A stretch of 64,000 nt of DNA. Origin: Candidatus Velesiimonas alkalicola (GTDB lineage Bacteria; Omnitrophota; Gorgyraeia; Velesiimonadales; Velesiimonadaceae). Below, piece by piece: positions 18,196-28,264 of the stretch. The notes below the pieces were generated by a model. That model worked only from the letters and a program-made list of their open reading frames with translations, searched no databases and had not been told where the DNA came from. How positions within the stretch are numbered: the first letter of the stretch is position 1; every line of letters begins with the position of its first letter. Location of the stretch: assembly GCA_013626165.1 (NCBI GenBank), contig NDHX01000002.1:639-64638 (forward strand), read 5' to 3'. Made by a program: the position numbers and the translations under genes.

Positions 18196-19878
18196 GTGAC
18201 TGATAAAAAAATAATGACTGGTGCTGAAATTTTTGTTCAGATGCTTAAAAAAGAAAATACAGAAGCAATATTTGGCATACCAGGGGGGGTGTTGCTTCCG
18301 GTTATGGATGCACTGTATAATTCCGATTTAAGGTTTATTCTTACAAGGCATGAACAGGGTGCAACACATATGGCAGATGGCTATGCAAGAGCAACAGGCA
18401 AAACAGGCGTTGTTCTTGTTACATCGGGACCCGGGGCTACCAATACAGTGACAGGTATCGCAACCGCATATATGGATTCTGTTCCAGTGGTTGTTTTTAC
18501 AGGGCAGGTAACATCAAACCTTATAGGAAACGATGCATTTCAGGAGGCAGATATAACAGGTATCACAAGACCAATAACCAAGCATAATTATCTTGTTAAA
18601 GATGTAACAGAACTTGCCAGGGTCATAAAAGAAGCGTTTTATATTGCATCTACCGGAAGGCAGGGACCTGTTCTTGTTGATTTTCCCAAAGATGTTGCAA
18701 CAGCTAAAACAGAATTTCAGTATCCTGAAAATGTAAGTATAAGAGGATACAAACCCAACTATGAAGGGCATCCGGGGCAGATAAAAAAAGCTGCAAAGAT
18801 TATATCTGACAGTTGCAGACCGATTATATATGCAGGAGGGGGTGTGATATCTTCAGATGCATCGGAAGATCTGGTAGAGTTTGCAAATAAAATCAAGGCT
18901 CCTGTTACAACAACACTTCTTGGGCTGGGGTGCTTTCCCCAGGACCATCCTCTTTCACTTGGAATGATTGGTATGCACGGAGTAGGATGGGCAAACCATG
19001 CTATAATGTCAGCAGATCTTATCATAGGAGTTGGTGCGAGATTTGATGACAGAGTTACGGGGAAGGTTGAAACATTTGCTCCCGGGGCAAAGATTATACA
19101 CATTGATATTGACCCTTCATCCGTAGGTAAAAGCATAAGGGTTGATATCCCTATCGTAGGAGATGCAAAGGGTATATTAAAAGAACTTATTCTGCAGACT
19201 GATAAAACAAAGGACACATCCCGGTGGTTAGAAGAAATTAAAAAGTGGAAAATACAGCATCCTCTTCGTTATAAAGAGGGACTGAAGATTAAACCTGAAT
19301 ATGTTATAGAACAGATATGCAAAATTGCAGGACAGAATGCAATAATATGCACAGAAGTCGGACAGAACCAGATGTGGGTGGCCCAGTTTTATAAATTTAA
19401 AAAACCAAGAACATTGATATCAAGCGGAGGTCTTGGGACAATGGGATATGGATTTCCAGCAGCCATAGGTGCAAAAGTGGGATGCCCAGACAAGACAGTT
19501 TTTGATATTGCCGGGGATGGAAGTTTTCAGATGAATATTCAGGAACTTGCAACCTGTCTTTCATACAACATACCCGTAAAGGTTGCCATACTGAATAACG
19601 GTTGTTTAGGTATGGTACGACAGTGGCAGGAGTTATTTTATAATAAGCACTATTACGCATCTATATTCAACAAAAATCCTGATTTTGCTAAGGTTGCAGA
19701 GGCATATGGTGCTGTTGGAATGAGAATAACAAAAAAAGAAGATGTACCTTCTGCAATTGAAAAGGCATTGAAAATAGATAATACAGTTGTTATGGATTTT
19801 GTAATAGATGAGACTGAAAATGTCTTTCCTATGGTTCCATCTGGAACAGCAATAACAGAGATGATAGAATTAGCATAA
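18196..19878 (+). CDS. ilvB: acetolactate synthase large subunit
   Basis: ThDP enzyme motifs (GIPGG, GPGATN, GDGSFQMN). Start may be GTG 18196 or ATG 18214. Confidence 0.9.
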   Translation: MTDKKIMTGAEIFVQMLKKENTEAIFGIPGGVLLPVMDALYNSDLRFILTRHEQGATHMADGYARATGKTGVVLVTSGPGATNTVTGIATAYMDSVPVVVFTGQVTSNLIGNDAFQEADITGITRPITKHNYLVKDVTELARVIKEAFYIASTGRQGPVLVDFPKDVATAKTEFQYPENVSIRGYKPNYEGHPGQIKKAAKIISDSCRPIIYAGGGVISSDASEDLVEFANKIKAPVTTTLLGLGCFPQDHPLSLGMIGMHGVGWANHAIMSADLIIGVGARFDDRVTGKVETFAPGAKIIHIDIDPSSVGKSIRVDIPIVGDAKGILKELILQTDKTKDTSRWLEEIKKWKIQHPLRYKEGLKIKPEYVIEQICKIAGQNAIICTEVGQNQMWVAQFYKFKKPRTLISSGGLGTMGYGFPAAIGAKVGCPDKTVFDIAGDGSFQMNIQELATCLSYNIPVKVAILNNGCLGMVRQWQELFYNKHYYASIFNKNPDFAKVAEAYGAVGMRITKKEDVPSAIEKALKIDNTVVMDFVIDETENVFPMVPSGTAITEMIELA

Positions 19879-19882
19879 AAAA

Positions 19883-19997
19883 TAGTAGGTAGTAGGTAGT
19901 AGGTAGGAGATAGGGGAAAATATAATCCACCCAACCCTCCTTTATAAAAGGAGGGATATTTTTCCTACCTACTATCTACTAATTCCTGCCTACTATT
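19883..19997. repeat. palindromic TAGTAGGTAGG-arm element, copy B (long-left/short-right)
   Basis: tagtaggtagtaggtagtaggtaggagataggggaaaatataatccacccaaccctcc / tttataaaagg / agggatatttttcctacctactatctactaattcctgcctactat. Confidence 0.85.
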
Positions 19998-20008
19998 TTG
20001 GGAGGTAT

Positions 20009-20485
20009 ATGCATTGTATATTATCAGTGCTTGTAGAAAACAGAGCTGGGGTGCTTGCAAGGATTTCCGGGCTTTTCAGTGCAAGGGGATTTAATATACA
20101 AAGCCTTGCAGTTGGAGAGACAGAGGACCCTACAGTTTCAAAGATGACAATAGTTGTTGCAGGTGATGATAAAATTATAGAGCAGGTCAAAAAGCAGTTA
20201 AGAAAGACTATAGATGTTATAAAACTTAAAGACCTTACAAAAGAAGACATCATAGACAGAGAACTTGTTCTTTGTAAGGTGCCTTTGTCCAAGAAAGCAG
20301 ACCATAAATTCCAGAATACAGTAAAAAAATACAAAGCAGAAACTCTATCTTCTACAAAAGAATATCAGATACTCGGGCTATGCGCAGACTCAAAAGATAT
20401 TTCTGAGTTTTTAAAATTAATAAAAGAAGACGGCGGTTTTGATATTACAAGAACCGGCAAAATCGCCATCGCAAAACTAATATGA
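20009..20485 (+). CDS. ilvN: acetolactate synthase small (regulatory) subunit
   Basis: ACT domain start ILSVLVENRAGVLARISGLFSARGFNI. RBS ggaggt. Confidence 0.85.
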   Translation: MHCILSVLVENRAGVLARISGLFSARGFNIQSLAVGETEDPTVSKMTIVVAGDDKIIEQVKKQLRKTIDVIKLKDLTKEDIIDRELVLCKVPLSKKADHKFQNTVKKYKAETLSSTKEYQILGLCADSKDISEFLKLIKEDGGFDITRTGKIAIAKLI

Positions 20486-20856
20486 ACCTAAAATTCTGTC
20501 CATTAATACTTATTTTTTTATTAGGTTGTGCTGCTTCAAAACAGACACTAATTAAAAAAGGAAGTAATGCTCATTATTTGGCATCCTCTATTGAAAGGGT
20601 ATCCGAAAGTTTTCAGTCTTACTTAAATGAGGATGTATATAGTAAAGAAGAGTATCCAGAAACATTTATCCTTACACCGGAGACAATAAAAGAACTTTCA
20701 CGATGGCAGTACATACCCCTTGATGCGGAAGCTGGGTTTGAGATCGCAACAGGCCAGTACGAGACAATTGAAAAAACCTTACATAGATTTGGTCTTGAAG
20801 GGAAATATGACCCATTGTCAGGGGCAGGGCAATTACACTGGGAGAAACAATTTTAA
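20482..20856 (+). CDS. hypothetical lipoprotein
   Basis: Signal peptide with lipobox LLGC|AAS. Start overlaps the ilvN stop. Confidence 0.5.
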   Translation: MNLKFCPLILIFLLGCAASKQTLIKKGSNAHYLASSIERVSESFQSYLNEDVYSKEEYPETFILTPETIKELSRWQYIPLDAEAGFEIATGQYETIEKTLHRFGLEGKYDPLSGAGQLHWEKQF

Positions 20857-20857
20857 T

Positions 20858-21166
20858 ATGTCTTATCCATACAGAGTAGTTTATGCGAAAAAAGACCTTA
20901 TGAAGTTTGTGTCTCATTTGGATTTGTTGCGTCTTTTTCAGCGAGCGTCAAGGAGGGCACATATTCCGCTTAAATTGACGAAAGGATTTCATCCTCATCC
21001 GAAGATGCAATTTCAAAGAGCACTGAAACTTGGGACTGAAAGCGAAAAAGAGGAATTTGTTTTATATTTAGAGCACGAATTAGAAGCAGAAAAAATAAAG
21101 ATTCTTTTACAAAATAATCTTCCGCAAGGCATACTTATAAAAGAGGTCTATAAAGCATATGAATAA
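20858..21166 (+). CDS. DUF2344/TIGR03936-like (radical-SAM-linked) domain protein
   Basis: The ~100-aa sequence (YRVVYAKKDLMKFVSHLDLLRLFQRA...) resembles the TIGR03936 domain often found with or in Rne/Rng loci. Start at the internal Met immediately after the lipoprotein stop. Confidence 0.45.
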   Translation: MSYPYRVVYAKKDLMKFVSHLDLLRLFQRASRRAHIPLKLTKGFHPHPKMQFQRALKLGTESEKEEFVLYLEHELEAEKIKILLQNNLPQGILIKEVYKAYE

Positions 21167-22643
21167 AAAAATGCTAATAAATGTTGAAAAAAAAGAAATA
21201 AGAATTGCCATTATTGAAGACTCTGTTCTTGGGGACTATTATGTAGAAAGAACAGATACAGAAAGGCTTGTTGGAAATATTTATAAGGGTAGGGTTGTTG
21301 CTGTTGTAAGTGGGATACAGGCTGCTTTTGTTGATATAGGATTGGAGAAAAATGGGTTTCTCTACATTTCGGATATTACAGAACCACCAAATGAGATTAC
21401 AGATGAGCTAGAAATAGAAACTCAAGCAAAGAAGCCTTATCAAAAGATAGAAAAGGTTGTCCACAAAGGACAGGAGATAACAGTTCAGATTGTAAAAGAG
21501 CCATTAGGCACAAAAGGGGCAAGGCTTACCTCCCAGATTGCTATCCCCGGGCGATTTGTGGTCTTTATGCCGAATACAAAACAGTGCGGTATATCAAGAA
21601 GAATATCAGAACCAAAAGAAAGAGAAAGAATAAGAGAGATATTAAAGACCATAAGAGTTCCAGAAGGTGCAGGCGTAATTGTAAGAACAGCTGCCAGTGG
21701 ATGTTCAAAAAACGATATAATAAGTGATATAAAATATCTTTTAAGTTTGTGGGCTGATGCAAGGACAAAGGCTGTTAAATCCCCTGTTCCTTCTCTTTTA
21801 TTAGAAGAACAGGATGTTATATCCAGGGTATTGCGGGATATATTTTCAAATGAATTCTCTGAGATATATATAGACTCAAAAGATAAGCATAAGATTATCC
21901 TAAAAAATTTTGGAAAAATAATTCCTAATTTGAGGTCAAAGATTAGACTTTACCAAGAAAAAATACATCTTTTTGAAAAATTTTCAGTAGAAGATCGGAT
22001 AGACAGGATATATCAAAGGTCTGTCCACCTAAAATCAGGCGGGACAATTATTATTGAACCCACCGAAGGGCTTGTTGCCATTGATGTAAATACGGGTAAA
22101 TTTGTTGGGAAAAAGAGCCTGGAAGAAACCGCATATGCAACAAATCTTGAAGCAGCAAAAGAGATTGCAAGGCAGATAAGGCTAAGAGACATAGGCGGTA
22201 TAATAGTAATAGACTTTGTAGATATGGACATTCCCGAACACAGAAAGGCTGTGTTTAATGAATTGCAGGATGCGCTAAAAACAGACAGGGCAAGAACAAA
22301 GGTCCTTCCTATGTCGGAACTATGTGTGGTTGAGATGACGCGTCAGAGAACAAGAAAGAGCCTTGAAAGTGCATCATACCAGCAGTGCCCTTCCTGTAAA
22401 GGCAGGGGACTTGTAAAAACATATCTTACAATCTCTATAGAGATTTTAAGAGATATAAAACAATCTTTACACAGGCATGGTAAAAAATCCTTAGAGGTAA
22501 AAGTTCATCCAGATGTATCTTCTTATCTTCTAAATGAAGAAAGGAATTCTGTTAATGCTATGGAAAATGAAAATGGTGTTAAGATTTATATTCGTCCGAT
22601 TGTCGGGATGGGGACAGAGGAGTATCGGATAAAACAGATATAG
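21159..22643 (+). CDS. rng: ribonuclease G/E family endoribonuclease
   Basis: N-terminal S1 domain, the DNase I-like/RNase E catalytic core, and the Zn-link CPSCKGRG. Confidence 0.85.
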   Translation: MNKKMLINVEKKEIRIAIIEDSVLGDYYVERTDTERLVGNIYKGRVVAVVSGIQAAFVDIGLEKNGFLYISDITEPPNEITDELEIETQAKKPYQKIEKVVHKGQEITVQIVKEPLGTKGARLTSQIAIPGRFVVFMPNTKQCGISRRISEPKERERIREILKTIRVPEGAGVIVRTAASGCSKNDIISDIKYLLSLWADARTKAVKSPVPSLLLEEQDVISRVLRDIFSNEFSEIYIDSKDKHKIILKNFGKIIPNLRSKIRLYQEKIHLFEKFSVEDRIDRIYQRSVHLKSGGTIIIEPTEGLVAIDVNTGKFVGKKSLEETAYATNLEAAKEIARQIRLRDIGGIIVIDFVDMDIPEHRKAVFNELQDALKTDRARTKVLPMSELCVVEMTRQRTRKSLESASYQQCPSCKGRGLVKTYLTISIEILRDIKQSLHRHGKKSLEVKVHPDVSSYLLNEERNSVNAMENENGVKIYIRPIVGMGTEEYRIKQI

Positions 22644-22771
22644 GTAAGAAAGATTAATAGGTTAAGAACAATATAAATATCAAATATTAAAAAATTAAAT
22701 ATCCCCTGACAAGTCGGAGGATATTTAATTTGTTTTTCCTGCCTGACTATGTCTTAAGAGGAGGGTAAAAA

Positions 22772-23083
22772 ATGTATGCAGTTGTAGAAGTTGGGGATAA
22801 GCAGTATTGTGTGGAACAGGGTTCACAGATAAAGACAGAACTTATTACACCTGAACAGAACGGCAAGTTTACCGTTAAAAATGTTCTTATGATAAAGGAT
22901 GGTGAAAAGATAAAGATTGGAAGACCATTTGTAGAAGGTTCTTCTGTTGAATGTTCTGTCCTTAAAGAAGTAAAAGGACCAAAGGTTATTGCATTTCAGT
23001 ATAGAAGACGAAAAGAATCTAAGAGGACAAAGGGACACAGACAGAGATATACTCTGTTGAAGGTGGAAAAAATAGTAGTGTAA
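22772..23083 (+). CDS. rplU: 50S ribosomal protein L21
   Basis: MYAVVEVGDKQY start, 103 aa. Confidence 0.9.
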   Translation: MYAVVEVGDKQYCVEQGSQIKTELITPEQNGKFTVKNVLMIKDGEKIKIGRPFVEGSSVECSVLKEVKGPKVIAFQYRRRKESKRTKGHRQRYTLLKVEKIVV

Positions 23084-23089
23084 TGGTCA

Positions 23090-23191
23090 GTAGATAGTAG
23101 GTAGTAGGTAGTAGGTAGGAAAAATATCCCTCCTCTTTATAAAAGGAGGGATATTTTTCCTACCTACTATCTACTAATTCCTGCCTACTAT
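23090..23191. repeat. palindromic TAGTAGGTAGG-arm element, copy C (near-perfect ~100-nt palindrome)
   Basis: gtagatagtaggtagtaggtagtaggtaggaaaaatatccctcc / tctttataaaa / ggagggatatttttcctacctactatctactaattcctgcctactat. Confidence 0.9.
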
Positions 23192-23206
23192 GTTTTTGGA
23201 GGATAT

Positions 23207-23446
23207 ATGGCACATACAAAAAGTCAGGGTAGTTGTAGAAATGGCAGGGATTCAAACCCAAAATATCTTGGTATAAAGTGTTATGGGGGAGAAACAGTTA
23301 AGGCCGGCACCATACTTATCCGTCAGAGAGGCACACACTTTGATGCAGGACAGAATGTAGGGATAGGAAGAGATTTTACTCTTTTTGCAAAATGCGATGG
23401 CAAAGTTTTTTTCCCAAAAAACCATGTTGTTGCGATTGTATCATAA
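23207..23446 (+). CDS. rpmA: 50S ribosomal protein L27
   Basis: MAHTKSQGS...[10 protein letters not shown] signature. Confidence 0.9.
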   Translation: MAHTKSQGSCRNGRDSNPKYLGIKCYGGETVKAGTILIRQRGTHFDAGQNVGIGRDFTLFAKCDGKVFFPKNHVVAIVS

Positions 23447-23464
23447 AAAGTTATAGGAGAAAGC

Positions 23465-24790
23465 GTGGCAAAGATAGCCTTTATTGGCGCTGGCAGTTTA
23501 GGGTTCACCCGGGGGTTGGTGCGAGATATTCTGACCTTTCCCCTGATGGCCGATGCCACATTGCACTTAATGGACGTTGACAAGGAGCGTCTGGAATTTG
23601 CTAAGGATGCGGTCCAGCGCATTGTGGATTTAGGCAAATATCCGGCAAAAGTTAAGGCAACCCTGGACCGCAAAGAGGCAGTTAAGGGAGCAAATGCGGT
23701 GTTGTGTACCATCCTATCCGGAGGTGTTCGTGTTTTCCGGCACGACATAGAAATCCCCAAAAAGTACGGTGTGGATATCAATATCGGCGATACCCGGGGA
23801 GTTTCGGGTATCTTTAGAGCGCTGAGGACCATTCCGGTGATGGTTGGTATCTGCCGGGATATGGAGAAATATTGTCCGGATGCGATTCTGCTTAATTATA
23901 CCAATCCCATGGCGATGCTTTGCCGGGCGATGCAAAGAACTTCCAGTATTAAGGTTACCGGTCTGTGCCACAGTGTCCAGGGAACCGCGGAGATGCTGGC
24001 GGACTGGATCGGTGCTTCTATGGACCGGATTACCTACCTGTGTGCCGGTATCAACCACCAGTCCTGGTTTATAGAATACAAGAAGGACGGAAAGGATGCC
24101 AGACCTTTGATTCGGAAGGCGATACGGAAAAAGGAGATTTATAATGCCGAGCTTGTCCGTAACGAGATGTTTCTCCATTTAGACTATTACGTTACCGAAT
24201 CCAGCGGTCACAACTCGGAATATAACTGGTGGTTCCGGAAGAGGCCGGATTTGATTGAGAAGTACTGTACGCACGGAACTAACTGGAATCCCGGTGTCTA
24301 CGCCTACATTCTGCAAGAATACTTAGGAAGGGAAGATACCTGGAAGAAAGAGACAAAGGAGTGGTTAGCAAAGAAAGAACCGATTCCTTTAGAAAGGGGC
24401 AAGGAGTATGCCGCCAGCATTATTAACGCCTACTTAGGCGGGGAGATGTACGAATTTAACGGTAACGTGCCGAACAACGGAATCGTTACCAACCTTCCGT
24501 ACGGTGCCTGCGTTGAGGTGCCGGTGGTTGCCAACAGGCGGGGATTCAATTCCGTTCATGTGGGTGCGCTTCCGCCTCAGTGTGCGGCGCTCAATAACGT
24601 CAGTATTGCGGTGGAGGAAATGGCGGTGGAGGCAGCCCTGACCGGTAATAGCCGGTTAGCCTTTCAGGCTATCGCCTATGACCCGCTTACCGCAGCGGTA
24701 TTGTCGTTAGCGGAGATTAAGAAAATGGTGGCGGAGATGTTGGCTATCAACAGGCCGTACATACCCCAGTTCAAAAGCATAAAAATTTAA
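23465..24790 (+). CDS. glycoside hydrolase family 4 (NAD+/Mn2+-dependent glycosidase)
   Basis: N-terminal Rossmann KIAFIGAGS, Cys-His region GLCHSVQGT, length 441 aa. Markedly higher GC than the flanks. Confidence 0.75.
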   Translation: MAKIAFIGAGSLGFTRGLVRDILTFPLMADATLHLMDVDKERLEFAKDAVQRIVDLGKYPAKVKATLDRKEAVKGANAVLCTILSGGVRVFRHDIEIPKKYGVDINIGDTRGVSGIFRALRTIPVMVGICRDMEKYCPDAILLNYTNPMAMLCRAMQRTSSIKVTGLCHSVQGTAEMLADWIGASMDRITYLCAGINHQSWFIEYKKDGKDARPLIRKAIRKKEIYNAELVRNEMFLHLDYYVTESSGHNSEYNWWFRKRPDLIEKYCTHGTNWNPGVYAYILQEYLGREDTWKKETKEWLAKKEPIPLERGKEYAASIINAYLGGEMYEFNGNVPNNGIVTNLPYGACVEVPVVANRRGFNSVHVGALPPQCAALNNVSIAVEEMAVEAALTGNSRLAFQAIAYDPLTAAVLSLAEIKKMVAEMLAINRPYIPQFKSIKI

Positions 24791-24819
24791 GAAAAACCTC
24801 TGATAAGTAATATAATTTT

Positions 24820-25485
24820 ATGAGATATGTCACTGCTCAACAAATGAGAGAGATTGACCGTTACACTATTGAAAAGGAGGGCGTTTCGGCATCTGTGTTG
24901 ATGGAAAACGCTGGCCGAGCCGTGGCAGAAGAGGCAATGAAGATAATAAGAACCGGAACGGTGGCTATTTTTGCCGGGTACGGTAACAATGGTGGAGATG
25001 GCCTGGTAACTGCAAGATATATTAAAAGACGAGGTTATAACATTAGGGTATTTTTAGTGGGTAAGAATCGTGTCTTCAGCCCGGAAACAGAAGAACATCA
25101 CCGGAAGATTTCGAGATTAGGTGTGGTATCTCAAAAGATTGCGACCATTAATGAAATAGAGAAGAACCTTAATAAATTTGCCCCAGATCTTATTGTTGAC
25201 GCCATATTCGGGATAGGTATTCGGCGGTATCTGGATGAATTTTATGTAAAACTGATTGGCCGAATTAATGCTTTCAGCGTACCGGTGGTAGCAGTGGACA
25301 TACCAAGTGGTCTTGATGCCGATACCGGAGAACCCTGCGCTGGTGAAGCCGTCAAAGCAAATGTAACCGTTACCTTTGGCTATCCCAAGATTGGTTTTAA
25401 GAATCCCGAGGCAAAGTATTACACCGGAAAGGTCGTTGTAGCAGATATTGGACTCATTCTTCCTTCGTCCTTTATGGTACAATAA
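24820..25485 (+). CDS. NAD(P)H-hydrate epimerase (YjeF N-terminal domain)
   Basis: AGYGNNGGDGLVTARYI motif, ~220 aa. Intermediate GC. Confidence 0.75.
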   Translation: MRYVTAQQMREIDRYTIEKEGVSASVLMENAGRAVAEEAMKIIRTGTVAIFAGYGNNGGDGLVTARYIKRRGYNIRVFLVGKNRVFSPETEEHHRKISRLGVVSQKIATINEIEKNLNKFAPDLIVDAIFGIGIRRYLDEFYVKLIGRINAFSVPVVAVDIPSGLDADTGEPCAGEAVKANVTVTFGYPKIGFKNPEAKYYTGKVVVADIGLILPSSFMVQ

Positions 25486-25521
25486 GAGGCGGAGACTCCA
25501 AAATGATACAGGTAAAAAAAC

Positions 25522-27984
25522 GTGGAGTTTTACTTTAAATTTATGTTAAAAAGATTTTTCTATATTTTTTTAGTAAGCCTTTCCTTTAGCACATATTGTT
25601 TTTGTGCAAACGAGGAGGAAAACAATTTTATTGTTCTTGAAAAGCTTGTAAATGATGGATTGTATGAAAGTGCTGTCAATCAAATAAATACCTTCATTAG
25701 TAAATATCCCAGTAGTAAACGCATCAAAGAGGTAAATATTCTTCTTGCTCGGTCTTATCTAAATCTTGGCAGAACAAAAGAAGCAATTGCCATCCTTGAT
25801 ACATTTCTTGTATCAAAAAAATACAATGAATTCAGTGAACAGGCATTATATCTAATTGCAGAGGTTTACTATAAAGATAAAAACTATAAAACTGCAATGC
25901 AGTATTATGAGAGGTTAAAAAAGGAGTTTCCCAATTTTCTTTTGTCTGTATATGCAGAAATAGCATCTGCATGGTATCTTGTTGAACTTGAAAATTATAA
26001 TGAAGCATTAAAAAGGTTGGAAAAGGTGCTTGAAAACAATCCATCAGGCCATATTGCAGAAGATGTAACATTTAAAATTGCGCAAGTTTTTTATCTATCC
26101 GGTAAAAAAGAGCAGGCCACGCTATGGTTTAAAAAGTATATTGAACAATTCCCTGTGGGTGCAAATTTTTCTAATTCTTACTACTGGCTTGCCGAAATAT
26201 CATACAGTAAAGGAGATTATAGTAAAGCAATTGAAAATTATCAAGTGTCTGCTATGGATAAAAAAGGTGTTTATGCATCTGCCTCTCTTTATGGTTTAGG
26301 ATGGGCATACTGGAAGTTAAATAATCTTGAAAAAAGTATTTTCTATTTTCAGAAAGCATATATAGAACACCCTGATGTGCCTTTTGCCGATTCGGTCTTA
26401 TACAAGATGGGGAGAATATTTTTTCTTATAGGAAAACAGGATGCTGCAATTGAAAAACTTCAGGAACTTTATACAAAATTCCCATCATCTGAACTGGCTG
26501 ATGATGCAGTCTTTGATATTGCAGATAACCTTTCAAGAAAAGGTATGCACACCGATGCAATTGCATATTATAAATTAGGGATTGAAAAATATCCATACAG
26601 CCCCAGAACCGATGAGGCAGAATATAACCTCTACTGGACACTGTATTTGGCTGGTTTAGAAAAGGAAGCTCTTAACGGGTTTGTTTCTATCATTAAAAAT
26701 TCAAAAGATGTGATGCTAAAAGCATCTTCTTTGTGTAGGATTGGTGATATAAGACTTGCAAAAAAGGAATATGAACTTGCCATGGAAGCATATGATAGTG
26801 TATTAAAACAGTATCCAACCTCTATTCAGGCAGATTATGCACAGTACCAGATAGGCATTGTTCTTTATCAACAGAGAAAGTATGAGGCTTCAATTATGGC
26901 GTTTCAGAGTGTGTATGTGAATTTTCCTAAAAGTATTTATAGACAGTCAGCATTATACAAAATAGGTGTAGCGTATTTTAAAAGTGGCAATTACAGGGCT
27001 TCTGTTGAAACATTCTCCAGACTTTTAAAAGATTATCCTGATACACTTTTTAAGCAGGATGCACTGTTCCAAACAGGTATTGCAATGTATAATGACGGCA
27101 GATATGAAGATGCTCTGGTGGTGTTTAAAGATATTGTAAAAAATTATTCATCTGAAGAAATAGGCTGGAAATCTAAGTATCAGATCGCATGGATATATCT
27201 GCAGACAGGGAAAGAGGATATCGCAGTAAAGGAATTTGAACAGTTTATAATAGAATATCCAAGATCCCAGATAGTTCCAGATATACTTTACTGGCTTGCA
27301 GAATATTTTTATGAAAAAAACGATACAAGATCTGCAATAAGATACTTAAAAACAATAATACAGGATTATCAGAGTTCAAATTTAAAGTATGATGCATATT
27401 ATCTACTGGGTCTTATATCCTACAATAGAGATCAGATAAGACCATCTGTATCCTTCCTTGAGAAGGTTGTGTCTGATAACCCAAAAAGCCCTGCTGGTTC
27501 AAGGTCTTTGCTTCTTCTTTCAAGGATACTTGTAGAGAAAGACAACGATGAGGAGGCAATAAAAATACTTTCTGGACATCTCAAAAAATATCCCGAAGCC
27601 TATATGTCATCAATATTGTGGCAGAGATTGGGGGATGTTTATAATGCTCAAAAGTCTTATACACAGGCAATTGCTTCTTACAGGAAGGCGCAGGAAAATG
27701 CTGAAGAAGCCTTTTTGCCGCAGATACATTTTTCAATAGGCACCTGTTATGAAGAGATGGGAAAGGTTGCGGAAGCAGTTACTGAATATTTAAGGATTCC
27801 TTACCTTTTTCCTGAAAATTTGTCCTGGAAGATAAAGGCATATTTGCGCGTTGCAAAGATATTAGAATACGAACAAAAAACTGATGATGCCCTTAAATTA
27901 TATAAAAATGTTGTAAATGAAAATGTGCCGGAATCAAAATTTGCGCAAGAAAGAATAGAAAAAATTAAAAGTATTAAAAAATGA
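25522..27984 (+). CDS. secreted tetratricopeptide-repeat protein (tandem YbgF/Tol-Pal-like TPR modules)
   Basis: N-terminal signal peptide and repeated TPR-like 34-aa units throughout (...A.YW.GE...G.Y..A...F). Confidence 0.7.
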   Translation: MEFYFKFMLKRFFYIFLVSLSFSTYCFCANEEENNFIVLEKLVNDGLYESAVNQINTFISKYPSSKRIKEVNILLARSYLNLGRTKEAIAILDTFLVSKKYNEFSEQALYLIAEVYYKDKNYKTAMQYYERLKKEFPNFLLSVYAEIASAWYLVELENYNEALKRLEKVLENNPSGHIAEDVTFKIAQVFYLSGKKEQATLWFKKYIEQFPVGANFSNSYYWLAEISYSKGDYSKAIENYQVSAMDKKGVYASASLYGLGWAYWKLNNLEKSIFYFQKAYIEHPDVPFADSVLYKMGRIFFLIGKQDAAIEKLQELYTKFPSSELADDAVFDIADNLSRKGMHTDAIAYYKLGIEKYPYSPRTDEAEYNLYWTLYLAGLEKEALNGFVSIIKNSKDVMLKASSLCRIGDIRLAKKEYELAMEAYDSVLKQYPTSIQADYAQYQIGIVLYQQRKYEASIMAFQSVYVNFPKSIYRQSALYKIGVAYFKSGNYRASVETFSRLLKDYPDTLFKQDALFQTGIAMYNDGRYEDALVVFKDIVKNYSSEEIGWKSKYQIAWIYLQTGKEDIAVKEFEQFIIEYPRSQIVPDILYWLAEYFYEKNDTRSAIRYLKTIIQDYQSSNLKYDAYYLLGLISYNRDQIRPSVSFLEKVVSDNPKSPAGSRSLLLLSRILVEKDNDEEAIKILSGHLKKYPEAYMSSILWQRLGDVYNAQKSYTQAIASYRKAQENAEEAFLPQIHFSIGTCYEEMGKVAEAVTEYLRIPYLFPENLSWKIKAYLRVAKILEYEQKTDDALKLYKNVVNENVPESKFAQERIEKIKSIKK

Positions 27985-28098
27985 TAAATTTAAAAAACAT
28001 GCTTTTTATTATTAATATTCAAAATGACTTTTGTCAAGGCGGAAAAGCCTAGCGATCCCTGATGGGAACAGGGTTGTTCCGAGTTGTAAGTCTTGAGG

Positions 28099-28159
28099 AC
28101 ACAGATTTTTGAAAAATGGCACCGATTTTAAGGTCTGATGAGTTTTTCTTGCGGACCCC
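28099..28159. repeat. short intergenic repeat, family 3 (second copy)
   Basis: acacagatttttgaaaaatggcaccgattttaaggtctgatgagtttttcttgcggaccc. Confidence 0.6.
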
Positions 28160-28264
28160 CTGTAATAAAAAATGGTACTGTGGGAGGATATAGATTCATA
28201 TTCGGCGTTTTTTAAAAATGATAAAAAAATAAAAATAGATACATAAACTTTTAGAGATGAACCT

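Noticed and set aside
20720-20857. Long N-terminal extension of the TIGR03936-like ORF
   Set aside because: It overlaps the lipoprotein gene in another frame. The conserved domain begins at the internal Met at 20858.
23323-24178. Several 150-170-aa antisense ORFs inside the GH4 gene (23323..23832-, 23714..24178-)
   Set aside because: Typical long antisense ORFs in high-GC coding sequence. The sense strand has the clear GH4 motifs.
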